A stretch of DNA of 61,944 nucleotides, counting the filler. It is 4 parts of 4 records of this genome, joined end to end, with 100 filler letters (N's around TTAATTAATTAA, not from the genome) between each part and the next. Parts side by side here need not be neighbours in the genome. Positions count along the whole stretch, not along the records: positions 31,688 to 51,945 come from DRR723986_822; positions 52,046 to 61,944 come from DRR723986_940; 2 more parts are not named here. One strand, 5' to 3'. Positions 49,609-58,492 of the stretch are shown in pieces. How positions within the stretch are numbered: the stretch's first letter is position 1; every line of letters starts with the position of its first letter. Below the pieces are notes generated by a model. It had not been told where the DNA came from, did not search any database, and saw only the letters and a program-made list of their open reading frames with translations. Position numbers and translations under genes: made by a program.

Positions 49609-50928
49609 TCAGGCCTTCAATGCTTTAATGGCTAGACTGTCGAGGTATGCCTTCGGGTTTTTCGGATCAAACACCTTGCCGTCGAAGAATTTTTCAACGC
49701 CACGAGAGGTGCTGGCCGGAATGTCTTTGGCGGCTACACCCAACTCTTTCGCCGCGGTTCTCCAGATGTCTTCGCGGTTTACTTTCTTGATCAGTGCGTT
49801 GGTATCCAGCTTGCTTGGCAGGTAGCCCCAGCGCTGGTTTTCCGTGATGAACCACAGGTCGTGACTTTGGAATGGGTAAGACGCCTGGTTGCTCCAATAC
49901 TTCATCAAGTGCTTGCTGTTGTCTTCGACACGGCCAGTGCCATAATCGAATTGACCTTTCATGCGCTCAATAATGTCGCCCACCGGTGCGTTGATCCAGC
50001 GTCGCTGTGAACAGATTTTCGCGACCTCATCTTTGTTGGCTGGGTCGTCGCAGAACATTTGTGCTTCCATGACCGCTTTCAGAATGGCCTTGGTTGCATT
50101 CGGATTGGCTTGCACGTAATCCGCACGCAGGCTGAGGGCTTTTTCTGGGTGGTTGTTCCAAAGCTCACCGGTGGTGACCGCGGTGTAGCCAATTTTCTGG
50201 TGAATCAGTTGCAGGTTCCAGGGCTCGCCCACACAGAAGGCATCCATGCTGCCCACTTTCATGTTGGCCACCATTTGGGGCGGGGGAACCACAATGGTGG
50301 ATACATTGCTATTGGGGTCGATGCCTGCGGCTGCCATCCAGTAGCGGATCCACAAGTCGTGCGTTCCGCCCGGGAAAGTCATGGCAGCACTAACGGGTTT
50401 GCCACCGCCTTTCTTGGCAGCCAGTGCTGCCTTGAATTCAGTGGCGTTGGTGCCCACTTTGAGGTCTTTGAATTCATTGCTGACCGAGATACCTTGGCCG
50501 TCCAGGTTCAGGCGGCACAGAATATTCATCGGCACCGGAATGTTGTTGGTGGTGATGGCGCCGGTAGTGAGCAGATAAGCCATCGGTGTCAGAAGGTGTG
50601 CACCGTCAATACCGTTGCCTGCCGAGCCCAGTACGAGGTTGTCGCGGGTGGTACCCCAAGAGGATTGCTTCAACACTTCAACATCGGTCATGCCATGCTT
50701 TTTGAAGAAACCTTTTTCGTCGGCGACAAACAAGGGTGCAGCATCGGAAAGCGCAATGAATCCCAACTTGGCTTTTGTGGTTTCCAGTTTGGTGGACTGG
50801 GCCATGACGATGGAGGGGGCACCAAAACCAGCCAGCAGGGTTGAACCCCACACCGCGGCCGATTGTTTAATAAATGTGCGGCGTGTTTCCGACAACTCGG
50901 CTTTTTTATTGGTTGGTTTGTTGCTCAT
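49609..50928 (-). CDS. nrtA: Nitrate ABC transporter substrate-binding protein (CmpA/NrtA family), Tat signal
   Basis: RRTFIK signal, KLGFIALSDAAPL, MTFPGGTHDLW, VPPPQMVANM, CVGEPWN and HPEK. Confidence 0.92.
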   Translation of the reverse strand: MSNKPTNKKAELSETRRTFIKQSAAVWGSTLLAGFGAPSIVMAQSTKLETTKAKLGFIALSDAAPLFVADEKGFFKKHGMTDVEVLKQSSWGTTRDNLVLGSAGNGIDGAHLLTPMAYLLTTGAITTNNIPVPMNILCRLNLDGQGISVSNEFKDLKVGTNATEFKAALAAKKGGGKPVSAAMTFPGGTHDLWIRYWMAAAGIDPNSNVSTIVVPPPQMVANMKVGSMDAFCVGEPWNLQLIHQKIGYTAVTTGELWNNHPEKALSLRADYVQANPNATKAILKAVMEAQMFCDDPANKDEVAKICSQRRWINAPVGDIIERMKGQFDYGTGRVEDNSKHLMKYWSNQASYPFQSHDLWFITENQRWGYLPSKLDTNALIKKVNREDIWRTAAKELGVAAKDIPASTSRGVEKFFDGKVFDPKNPKAYLDSLAIKALKA

Positions 50929-50957
50929 GGTGTGCGTCCTTCTAAATTCAACACAAG

Positions 50958-51063
50958 AAAAAACGGCGCACATCTCCACACCTGCCCAAGCAAGTTTGGG
51001 ATGGACGCCGTTGTCCGGTACTTCAATCACTTCAATGCAATTGACCTGATCCGTCGTTGGTCA
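50958..51063 (-). promoter_or_regulatory. ANTAR (NasT/NasR-type) antitermination leader: two hexaloop hairpins plus overlapping terminator
   Basis: Minus strand: TGACC-AACGAC-GGATCA (51063-51047) and GGAC-AACGGC-GTCC (51016-51003). ACGGCG of hairpin 2 pairs with CGCCGT followed by a T-run (50968-50958). Confidence 0.85.
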
Positions 51064-51081
51064 TGGTCTCAGTAGACACTT

Positions 51082-51097
51082 AGCAGAATGTGTGCCA
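51082..51097 (-). promoter_or_regulatory. Sigma54 (-24/-12) promoter of nrtA
   Basis: Minus strand TGGCAC-ACATT-CTGCT (GG-N10-GC). Confidence 0.82.
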
Positions 51098-51150
51098 TGC
51101 AAAAAAGGGGTGCACGCTTGTGAAATTGAGTTAAATCAGTGCGGGATTCC

Positions 51151-51260
51151 ACGCTAATTTTGGTGCGTGGAGCGAGTTTGGTGCGGCGCACCAAATAAAT
51201 CGGTGCGCCGGTTTTGATGGATTTGGTGCATGCACCGCTTTGTTGTGCGTGTTTCGGTGC
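51151..51260. promoter_or_regulatory. Cluster of NtrC-like half-sites (upstream enhancer)
   Basis: Repeated (T/C)GGTGC(A/G) at 51161, 51179, 51201 and 51224, with GCACC counterparts at 51188 and 51232, 60-160 bp upstream of the sigma54 site. Confidence 0.6.
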
Positions 51261-51674
51261 TTACTTTTGAAGTGCGCGAATGCCTACCCATGCAAAAAAC
51301 AGCGCATAGGCCAAATCGATGAGCCCATAGCTTGAATAGAACAGGGCGAGCAAGGGCGTTTCTTCCTTGATGATTGGGAGCATGTCTGACTTCCTGGTGA
51401 TCCAGATGACCCAGGTGTATACATAGATCGCTTTTTCAAAGGCGAATACAAAACAGATTGCAGGCAACTGATGTGCTTGTTTGGCCACAGACAAATAAGC
51501 CAGCCCCCACACCATGACCATGAAGGTACCGAAATCAGAAAAAACTTCAGGTGATAACTCGTGAAAAGCCTGGTTGGTGAAAAACTCGCTTGCCGCGAGC
51601 ATGCCTAAAATATTGGTAAGCCCCGCTGCAATAAAGCCCAGAAAAATGAACCGATGATTAGCTGTGTGATTCAA
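51261..51674 (-). CDS. Hypothetical membrane protein (about 137 aa, four TMs)
   Basis: TTG start after GGAG; hydrophobic, with WGLAY and FAFEK motifs. The ORF-track extension through the tRNA is discarded. Confidence 0.75.
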   Translation of the reverse strand: MNHTANHRFIFLGFIAAGLTNILGMLAASEFFTNQAFHELSPEVFSDFGTFMVMVWGLAYLSVAKQAHQLPAICFVFAFEKAIYVYTWVIWITRKSDMLPIIKEETPLLALFYSSYGLIDLAYALFFAWVGIRALQK

Positions 51675-51742
51675 AAGTTGTCTCCGTTTGTTGTTTTGGG
51701 TGTTTTTGGATGCTGCCCGAATACTATATACTTGCGCCCCAT

Positions 51743-51832
51743 GGAGAAGTGCGAGAGCGGCTGAATCGGCCTGACTCGAAATCAGGTAAGGGGGTAACCT
51801 CTTCGAGGGTTCGAATCCCTCCTTCTCCGCCA
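51743..51832 (+). tRNA. tRNA-Ser (anticodon CGA)
   Basis: GGAGAAG/CTTCTCC acceptor, CCTGA-CTCGAAA-TCAGG anticodon arm, long variable arm, GGTTCGAATCC and GCCA end; 90 nt. Confidence 0.97.
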
Positions 51833-51841
51833 AAAAAACAG

Positions 51842-51869
51842 AAAGCCCCGGAAGGGGCTTTTTGTTTTT
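51842..51869 (+). terminator. Rho-independent terminator after tRNA-Ser(CGA)
   Basis: AAAGCCCC-GGAA-GGGGCTTTTTGTTTTT. Confidence 0.88.
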
Positions 51870-51945
51870 GCAGCGGAGATGAGCAAAGCCCCTGCGGGCT
51901 TTGCGTGAGGGATTCGAAGCTTTTCGCCTATGAGCGAAAAGCCGG

Positions 51946-52045
51946 NNNNNNNNNNNNNNNNNNNNNNNNNNNNNNNNNNNNNNNNNNNNTTAATTAATTA
52001 ANNNNNNNNNNNNNNNNNNNNNNNNNNNNNNNNNNNNNNNNNNNN
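51946..52045. other. Artificial contig-joining spacer
   Basis: N44-TTAATTAATTAA-N44. Confidence 0.97.
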
Positions 52046-52046
52046 C

Positions 52047-52406
52047 AATGACCCTGATGTGATCTTGATGGACGAGCCGCTGGGCGCGCTGGATGCGCTG
52101 ACGCGCGAGAAAATGCAGGGGCTGGTGCTGAAGCTGTGGAAAGAAACCGGCAAGACGATCATCTTGATCACCCACTCGGTCGAAGAGGCGCTGCTGCTGG
52201 GCGAACGGCTGTTGGTTATGGCACCAAGGCCTGGGCGCATTCATAAGGAATACCGCCTGCCCTTTGCCGATATGGGGGTGGGTCAAGATTTGCGCACGGT
52301 CAAAAAACACCCTGAATTCGCCGAGAAACGCGAAGAAATTCTGTCGATGATCTGGGACATGGAAGAAGAAATCATGGGCCGGGCCGAAGCGGGGGCAGGC
52401 GCATGA
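52047..52406 (+). CDS. tauB: Taurine-type ABC ATP-binding protein, C-terminal part
   Basis: ILMDEPLGALDALTREKMQ...ITHSVEEA...MAPRPGRI; 5'-truncated. Confidence 0.78.
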   Translation, partial: NDPDVILMDEPLGALDALTREKMQGLVLKLWKETGKTIILITHSVEEALLLGERLLVMAPRPGRIHKEYRLPFADMGVGQDLRTVKKHPEFAEKREEILSMIWDMEEEIMGRAEAGAGA

Positions 52407-53668
52407 TACCTTTGGTGATTTATGTTCTGATCTTTGTGGCAGCCTTTGGTGTTGTGCGTATGCTGGCCAGCCGTCTTTCGGCGCGCCATGATTTTACCTC
52501 GCTGAAAACGGTAACATTTGGCGATGAAAGCGCCGTGCGCCCCGATCGTTGGGCCAGCGTGATTTCATTGCTAACGATCTTCTTGCTGTGGGGGGCATTT
52601 ACCGGCTCGAAATTGGTGCCGGTGCATGTGCCCGGCCCCTTTGTGGGCGATACCGAATTCACCTACACCTTGCAGGCCCCCGATGGCAGCACCGATGATG
52701 CCACCATTTTTGTGCGCGTCTTTCCCATTGGTGAAGATGTCGAACAGCGCGCTGCCGATCCTGGGCCGGGCTTTGCCAAGAATGACACTATCACCGTGGG
52801 CGCGTGGCGGTCGCAGCTGATTTTGTTTGATAAAAACGATGAAATCACCCGCAAGGACGGGGCGCAGGTGATTGCGATTGATGGCATCCCTGTCACCAGC
52901 GGGGGCGAGGTGCAAACCACCGCAGGCCGTGTGATGGTTACGCCCAAAGGCTCGTTGAATTACGAGCCGCCCAAGGGCATGCAGATGGAGCCAATCTGGC
53001 TGCCCCCGCCCGAAGATGTGGCCAGCCGTGTGCTGGAAATCGCCCGCGAGGGGTATCAGAACTTTACCCTATGGGAGCACCTTGGCTGGTCGCTTTACCG
53101 TGTTGTGCTGGGCTTTATATTGGGGGCCTTGGTGGGCATTCCCCTGGGCTATGCGATGGGGCTGTCAAACTGGTTTCGCGGCTGGTTTGACCCGATCGTT
53201 GAATTCATGCGCCCGGTGCCGCCTTTGGCGCTGATCCCGCTGGTGATCATCTGGGCAGGCATCGGCGAAAGTGGCAAGATCATCTTGTTGTTTTTGGCGG
53301 CACTATGGATCATGGCCATCGCCGCGCGCTCGGGCGTGTCGGGGGTGCGTATCTCGAAGGTGCATGCGGCCTATTCGCTGGGCGCCAGCAAATGGCAGGT
53401 GCTGCGGCATGTGATCATTCCAAACTCGCTGCCCGAAATCTTTACGGGTGCGCGCGTGGCCATGGGGGTATGCTGGGGCACGGTTGTGGCGGCCGAATTG
53501 GTGGCCGCAGAAAAAGGCGCCGGCATGATGATTATGGTGGCCGCGAAATTCCAGCTGACCGATATCGTGATTATGGGGATCATCTTGATCGGTATCATCG
53601 GTTACGGGATTGATATTTTGTTCCGGATCGCCGAACGCTGGCTGGTGCCATGGAAGGGCAAGGGCTGA
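52403..53668 (+). CDS. tauC: Taurine-type ABC permease with N-terminal extension
   Basis: WLPPP, DPIVEFMRPVPPLALIPL, AAYSLGA and VAAELVAA. Confidence 0.78.
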   Translation: MIPLVIYVLIFVAAFGVVRMLASRLSARHDFTSLKTVTFGDESAVRPDRWASVISLLTIFLLWGAFTGSKLVPVHVPGPFVGDTEFTYTLQAPDGSTDDATIFVRVFPIGEDVEQRAADPGPGFAKNDTITVGAWRSQLILFDKNDEITRKDGAQVIAIDGIPVTSGGEVQTTAGRVMVTPKGSLNYEPPKGMQMEPIWLPPPEDVASRVLEIAREGYQNFTLWEHLGWSLYRVVLGFILGALVGIPLGYAMGLSNWFRGWFDPIVEFMRPVPPLALIPLVIIWAGIGESGKIILLFLAALWIMAIAARSGVSGVRISKVHAAYSLGASKWQVLRHVIIPNSLPEIFTGARVAMGVCWGTVVAAELVAAEKGAGMMIMVAAKFQLTDIVIMGIILIGIIGYGIDILFRIAERWLVPWKGKG

Positions 53669-53756
53669 TCAGCGCGGGCGTTGATGGCTTTGATTGCAAA
53701 GGGTGGCGCAGCGATGCGCCGCCCTTTATCTTTGGCGCAATGCAGGGGGGCATTCT

Positions 53757-55019
53757 ATGACACCTGAAACCAAGGATTTTCTGGCGGGGCTTTTCCGCGC
53801 AGCGGTGCATGCTGCGGCACCGCTGGCGGCGTTGCGCCCGCATTTGCCACCCCGCCCAAAGGGGCGCACGGTGGTGGTGGGTGCGGGCAAGGGCGCGGCG
53901 CAGATGGCCGCAGCTTTTGAGCAGCTGTGGGGCCCCTGCGAGGGGGTGGTTGTAACGCGCTATGGCTATGGCTGCGAAACCCGGTTTATCCGCGTGCTCG
54001 AGGCCGCCCACCCCGTGCCCGATGCCGCCGGGCTACAGGCCACCCAGGCGCTATGTGCTGCGGTGCAGGGGCTTGGGCCTGATGATCTGGTTGTGGCGCT
54101 GATCTGTGGCGGCGGTTCGGCCTTGTTGCCGGCCCCCCCTTCTGGCTTTTCCCTGGCCGATGAGGCGGCGCTGAACGCGGCGCTTTTGGCATCGGGGGCG
54201 CCCATTGGGGCGATGAATGCCATTCGCAAACAGTTTAGCGCCATAAAGGGCGGGCGGCTGGCGGCCCTGGCCGCGCCAGCCCCTGTGCACACATTGGTTG
54301 TGTCTGATGTGCCAGGCGATGACCCGGCGCAGGTGGCCAGCGGGCCCACCGTGCCAGATGCCGCCGATCGCGCCTTGGCGCTGCGGTTGGTGGCGGCCTA
54401 TGGCATAGAGCTGCCGCAGCCGGTGGCGCAGTTTTTGCACAGCGCGCCCGAAGATGCGCCCCCCCCCAGCGACGCAGCTTTTGCGGGCCATCGCGTTAGG
54501 GTTGTTGCCTCGGCGGCGCAGTCGCTCGAGGCGGCTGGCCACCTTGCCCAATCGGCGGGGCTGGGGGTGCATATCTTGTCTGATGCGATCGAGGGCGAAG
54601 CGCGCGATGTGGGCCGGGTGCACGCCGCGCTGGCCCGCGAAATTGCCACGCGCGGGCGCCCCTTTCAGCGCCCCGCACTGATGCTGTCGGGGGGCGAGAC
54701 CACGGTAACACTGCGCAGCACGGGCGGGCGCGGGGGGCGCAACAGCGAATTTTTGCTGGCCTTTGCCTTGGCGATTGATGGGCTGGGCGGCATTTCGGCC
54801 TTGGCCGCCGATACCGATGGGATCGATGGCAGTGAAACCAATGCCGGCGCCTTTGCCGATGGCACCAGCGTGGCCCGCATGCGCGCCGCGGGGGTAGACC
54901 CGGCGGCGATGCTGGCCGCGCATGATGCCTATGGCGCCTTTGCGGCTATTGGCGATCTATTTGAAACGGGGCCCACGGGCACCAATGTGAATGATTTCCG
55001 CGCAATATTGGTGCGCTAG
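53757..55019 (+). CDS. Glycerate 2-kinase (GckA/TtuD, MOFRL family)
   Basis: [53 protein letters not shown] and TGTNVND. Confidence 0.93.
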   Translation: MTPETKDFLAGLFRAAVHAAAPLAALRPHLPPRPKGRTVVVGAGKGAAQMAAAFEQLWGPCEGVVVTRYGYGCETRFIRVLEAAHPVPDAAGLQATQALCAAVQGLGPDDLVVALICGGGSALLPAPPSGFSLADEAALNAALLASGAPIGAMNAIRKQFSAIKGGRLAALAAPAPVHTLVVSDVPGDDPAQVASGPTVPDAADRALALRLVAAYGIELPQPVAQFLHSAPEDAPPPSDAAFAGHRVRVVASAAQSLEAAGHLAQSAGLGVHILSDAIEGEARDVGRVHAALAREIATRGRPFQRPALMLSGGETTVTLRSTGGRGGRNSEFLLAFALAIDGLGGISALAADTDGIDGSETNAGAFADGTSVARMRAAGVDPAAMLAAHDAYGAFAAIGDLFETGPTGTNVNDFRAILVR

Positions 55020-55108
55020 GCCGGGTGTTTGCCCGGCGCGCGCCGCATCAAACCGCCGGGCATTTCAAGAAATTTGGCTGTGGGTGATCTTTTTCTTGCT
55101 CGGTTTTA

Positions 55109-55123
55109 GTTATGAAGTATAAC
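55109..55123. promoter_or_regulatory. CouR-type MarR operator (one mismatch)
   Basis: GTTATG-AAG-TATAAC upstream of the dioxygenase gene. Confidence 0.7.
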
Positions 55124-55233
55124 AAATAAAAGGGGGCTGGCAATAGATAAGCATACTTATCATTGTCAGCAGGTGATTTAGTAAGTATACGTGCTATCGA
55201 ATGAGGCGCAAATCGCCAACCTAAAGGGAGGAC

Positions 55234-56274
55234 ATGATGGCCGAACAATTGGGCACGTTAGAAGAATTGCCGCAAGACTATCGCGATGCGATGGATCAGG
55301 CAGGTGTGGCGCCATTATGGCCCATGATGCGCAAGGTGCTGCCCCATGGCCGCCCGATGCCGCAAACCAGCGCCAGCTATTTCCAATATAGCCAGCTGCG
55401 CCCCTTGCTGCTGCGCGCGGGCGAATTGACCCCGGTTGAAAAAGCCGAGCGCCGGGTGCTGGTGATGTCTGACCAGGGGCGCGGCACCGGCGCCATGCAG
55501 GCCACCAGCACGCTTTATATCGGCATGCAGCTGTTGTTGCCCGGCGAGGTGGCCCCGGCCCATAAACACACGCCTTCGGCCGCACGTATTATTGTCGAGG
55601 GCGAGGGTGGCTACACGGTGGTTGATGGTGAAAAACTGCCCATGAAGCGCGGCGATGTGGTGCTGACACCGGGTGGCGAATGGCACGATCATGGCCACGA
55701 AGGCAGCGAACCTGTGGTTTGGCTGGATGTGCTGGATTTGCCGCTTTTTGTGTATCTTGAAGGCTCTTACGCCGAAGAGGCCCCCTTGCAGGCGCAGCGC
55801 AACCGCCCCGATGCCTCGATGGTGGAATATTTGGCATCGGGTCTTAAGCCCTCGCGCCGTGGGGCTGCAGCGCGCCGCTACCCGATGATGCGCTTTCCCT
55901 GGGATCGCACCGAAGCGGCTTTGCGCGAAATGGCCAAATGGGGCGAGGGCGCGGTAGAGCTCGATTATGTAAACCCCGAAACCGGCCAAGATGTGCTGCC
56001 GGTGATGGGCTTTACCGCCATGATGCTGCGCCCGGGCGAAACCCTGCGCCCGCCGCTTTCGTCGGAAAGTGCCGTGTTTCATGTGATCGGCGGCAAGGGC
56101 CAATCTATTGTCGAGGGCAGCCGCATCGACTGGGCCGAGCGTGATACATTCACCGCCCCCGTTTTTGCCCAGATCGATCATACAAACACATCCGACGAGC
56201 CGGCCTTTTTGATCCGCGTATCAGACCGGCCTTTGCAGGAAAAACTTGGATATTACGAGGAACGCGCACGATGA
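55234..56274 (+). CDS. gtdA: Gentisate 1,2-dioxygenase-like bicupin
   Basis: AERRVL, QLLLPGEVAPAHKHTPSA, LTPGGEWHDHGH, WLDVLDLP and YVNPETG. Confidence 0.85.
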   Translation: MMAEQLGTLEELPQDYRDAMDQAGVAPLWPMMRKVLPHGRPMPQTSASYFQYSQLRPLLLRAGELTPVEKAERRVLVMSDQGRGTGAMQATSTLYIGMQLLLPGEVAPAHKHTPSAARIIVEGEGGYTVVDGEKLPMKRGDVVLTPGGEWHDHGHEGSEPVVWLDVLDLPLFVYLEGSYAEEAPLQAQRNRPDASMVEYLASGLKPSRRGAAARRYPMMRFPWDRTEAALREMAKWGEGAVELDYVNPETGQDVLPVMGFTAMMLRPGETLRPPLSSESAVFHVIGGKGQSIVEGSRIDWAERDTFTAPVFAQIDHTNTSDEPAFLIRVSDRPLQEKLGYYEERAR

Positions 56275-56963
56275 CAGCCCTATTTGATCTGCCCCCATTG
56301 CCCGAGGTGCCCGTGGCAGGCAGCGATGCCACCTACCCGGTGCGCCGCATCTTTTGCGTGGGGCGCAACTATGCCGCCCATGCGGCTGAAATGGGGGTCG
56401 AGGTAGACCGCGAAGCGCCGTTTTATTTCACCAAAACCCCCTGGGCCATTTGCCACAGCGGTGCCAGCATTCCCTACCCGCTGGAAACCGAAAACTATCA
56501 CTATGAAATGGAATTTGTGGTGGCCATCGGCAAGCCGGCCTTTCGCGTGGCCAAGGCCGATGCCATGGATGTGGTGTTTGGCTATGCCTGCGGCCTGGAT
56601 ATGACGCGCCGCGATTTGCAGCTGGCCGCACGCGCCAAACAGCGCCCCTGGGATTTGGGTAAAGACGTTGAAAATTCAGCCGTGATCGCGGCGCTGACGC
56701 CTGCGGCAGATTTCGCCATTGGCACGCAGCGCATCGCGCTGGCGGTGAATGGCGAGACCAAGCAAGATGCCACGCTGGCCGATCTGATCTGGTCGGTGCC
56801 CGAGCTGATCGCACATCTGTCGCGCTTTTATCACCTGCAGCCGGGTGATTTGATCTATACCGGCACGCCTGCGGGTGTGGGGGCTGTGGTGGCAGGCGAC
56901 ACGATTTTGGGGGAAATCGACGGGCTGGCGCCGGTGGCTTTGTCGCTGACCGAGGCCGAGTGA
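56271..56963 (+). CDS. Fumarylacetoacetate-hydrolase-family protein (fumarylpyruvate hydrolase-like)
   Basis: RIFCVGRNYAAHA, HYEME, DMTRRDLQ and GDLIYTGTPAGVG. Confidence 0.92.
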   Translation: MTALFDLPPLPEVPVAGSDATYPVRRIFCVGRNYAAHAAEMGVEVDREAPFYFTKTPWAICHSGASIPYPLETENYHYEMEFVVAIGKPAFRVAKADAMDVVFGYACGLDMTRRDLQLAARAKQRPWDLGKDVENSAVIAALTPAADFAIGTQRIALAVNGETKQDATLADLIWSVPELIAHLSRFYHLQPGDLIYTGTPAGVGAVVAGDTILGEIDGLAPVALSLTEAE

Positions 56964-57607
56964 TGCAGTTTTTAGGTTATTTTCGCAGCTCGTCCAGCTA
57001 TCGATGCCGCATTGCGTTCAACCTGAAAGGCGTGGCCTATCAGTTTCAGTCGGTGCATCTGAAAAACGGTGCGCAGAAATCGCCTGAATTCACCGAATTG
57101 AACCCGCAGCGTTTGTTGCCGGTTCTGATCACCGATCAGGGCGAGGCGCTGTATCAATCGCTGGCCATTTTGGAATGGCTGGATGAAACCCACCCCACGC
57201 CCCCGCTGCTGCCCAGCGATCCGGTGGCGCGGGCCCAGGTGCGGGCGTTTTCGCAGATTATTGCCTGCGAGATCCATCCGCTGCAAAACCTGCGTGTGCT
57301 GTCTTATCTGCGCAACGATCTGGGGCTAGACGAGGCGGCGGTGAATGCATGGCTGGCCCGCTGGCTGCGCGAGGGGCTAGAGGCCTGCGAGGGGCATTTG
57401 GCAAAAGCCGCCCATGATGGGCCCTATTGTTTTGGCGATGCCCCCGGCCTGGCCGATATCTGCCTGGTGCCACAGGTGTTTTCTGCCCAGCGTTTCGGCG
57501 TTGATATCACAGATTTAACCCGCGTAAGCGCGATCAATGCGGCCTGTCAGGCCCTGCCCGAATTTGCGGCGGCCCATCCGGCCAAACAGCCCGATTTCGA
57601 GGCGTAA
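56960..57607 (+). CDS. maiA: Maleylacetoacetate/maleylpyruvate isomerase (GST zeta)
   Basis: YFRSSSSYRCRIA, NPQRLLP, QSLAILEWL, EIHPLQNLRVL and ADICLVPQ. Confidence 0.92.
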   Translation: MMQFLGYFRSSSSYRCRIAFNLKGVAYQFQSVHLKNGAQKSPEFTELNPQRLLPVLITDQGEALYQSLAILEWLDETHPTPPLLPSDPVARAQVRAFSQIIACEIHPLQNLRVLSYLRNDLGLDEAAVNAWLARWLREGLEACEGHLAKAAHDGPYCFGDAPGLADICLVPQVFSAQRFGVDITDLTRVSAINAACQALPEFAAAHPAKQPDFEA

Positions 57608-57904
57608 ATCAGCCCTGGGGCGCGCTGCCATACCGCGCCCCGGTGCACTTGCAAACCTGGCCTGCTGACGCGAATGTTAGGCCGGTCTGCGGCAAGAGAA
57701 TGTAAGAGTTGCTAAAAGATGCCGCAAAAGGCACAGCGCAACTTTGATTTGGGAGGAAAAGCACGGTATCGCCCCAAGGGCTGCGCTGCTGTGCACTGGC
57801 CAAGGGGGGCACCCTGGGCTGCACTTTCAAGTCAGTAACGATAAACTGCAAAACGTCGGGCTTGCCCGGCTGATGCAACAGGGAAACGACCGAAAGGAAC
57901 AGCT

Positions 57905-58492
57905 TTGGTTTACCGGTTGATGAATGGGCTGGCCCGCGCTATGGCCTTGGCTGGGGGGGCGGTGCTGACGGCGCTGATCTTGCTGGTGTGTGTCTCGGTG
58001 CTTGGGCGTGGCATGAACACGTTTTTGCACAGTGGTCTGGGCGAGGCCCTGCTGGGCGGGTTTGCCCAAACGCTGTTGGATACGGGCGTAGGCCCGATTT
58101 TGGGCGATTTCGAAGTGGTCGAGGCGGGCATTGCCTTTGCCATTTTCGCCTTTATTCCGATTTGCCAGATCAGCGCCAGCCACGCCACTGTTGATGTATT
58201 CACCGGCTTTTTGCCGCCGGCGGTGAACCGGGTGATCCAGGCCGTTGTCGAGCTGGTCTTTGCCCTTGTTTTGGTGCTGATCGCATGGCGCCTCTATGAG
58301 GGGATGCTGAGCAAGATGAGCTATAATGAAACCACGTTTTTGTTGCAGTTCCCCATTTGGTGGGCCTATGCGGCCTCGCTTTTCGCGGCCGTGGTGGGCG
58401 CGGTTGTGGGCTGCTACATGGCTGTGGTGCGTATCTTTGAAATGATCTTGGGCCGGGCCCTGATTGCCACAGTTGGGGGGGCAGACCATTGA
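57905..58492 (+). CDS. dctQ: TRAP transporter small permease
   Basis: Four TMs, GDFEVVE and HATVDVF. TTG start after AAAGGA. Confidence 0.88.
   Translation: MVYRLMNGLARAMALAGGAVLTALILLVCVSVLGRGMNTFLHSGLGEALLGGFAQTLLDTGVGPILGDFEVVEAGIAFAIFAFIPICQISASHATVDVFTGFLPPAVNRVIQAVVELVFALVLVLIAWRLYEGMLSKMSYNETTFLLQFPIWWAYAASLFAAVVGAVVGCYMAVVRIFEMILGRALIATVGGADH

Noticed and set aside
51675-51833. Extension of the membrane-protein ORF (MAEKEGFEPS...)
   Set aside because: It is the antisense translation of tRNA-Ser(CGA).
31688-51945. Lower-GC segment ending at a tRNA as a genomic island
   Set aside because: It is bounded by artificial spacers, is full of housekeeping genes (purL, uvrC, pgsA) and has no integrase. 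It is simply a contig from another organism.
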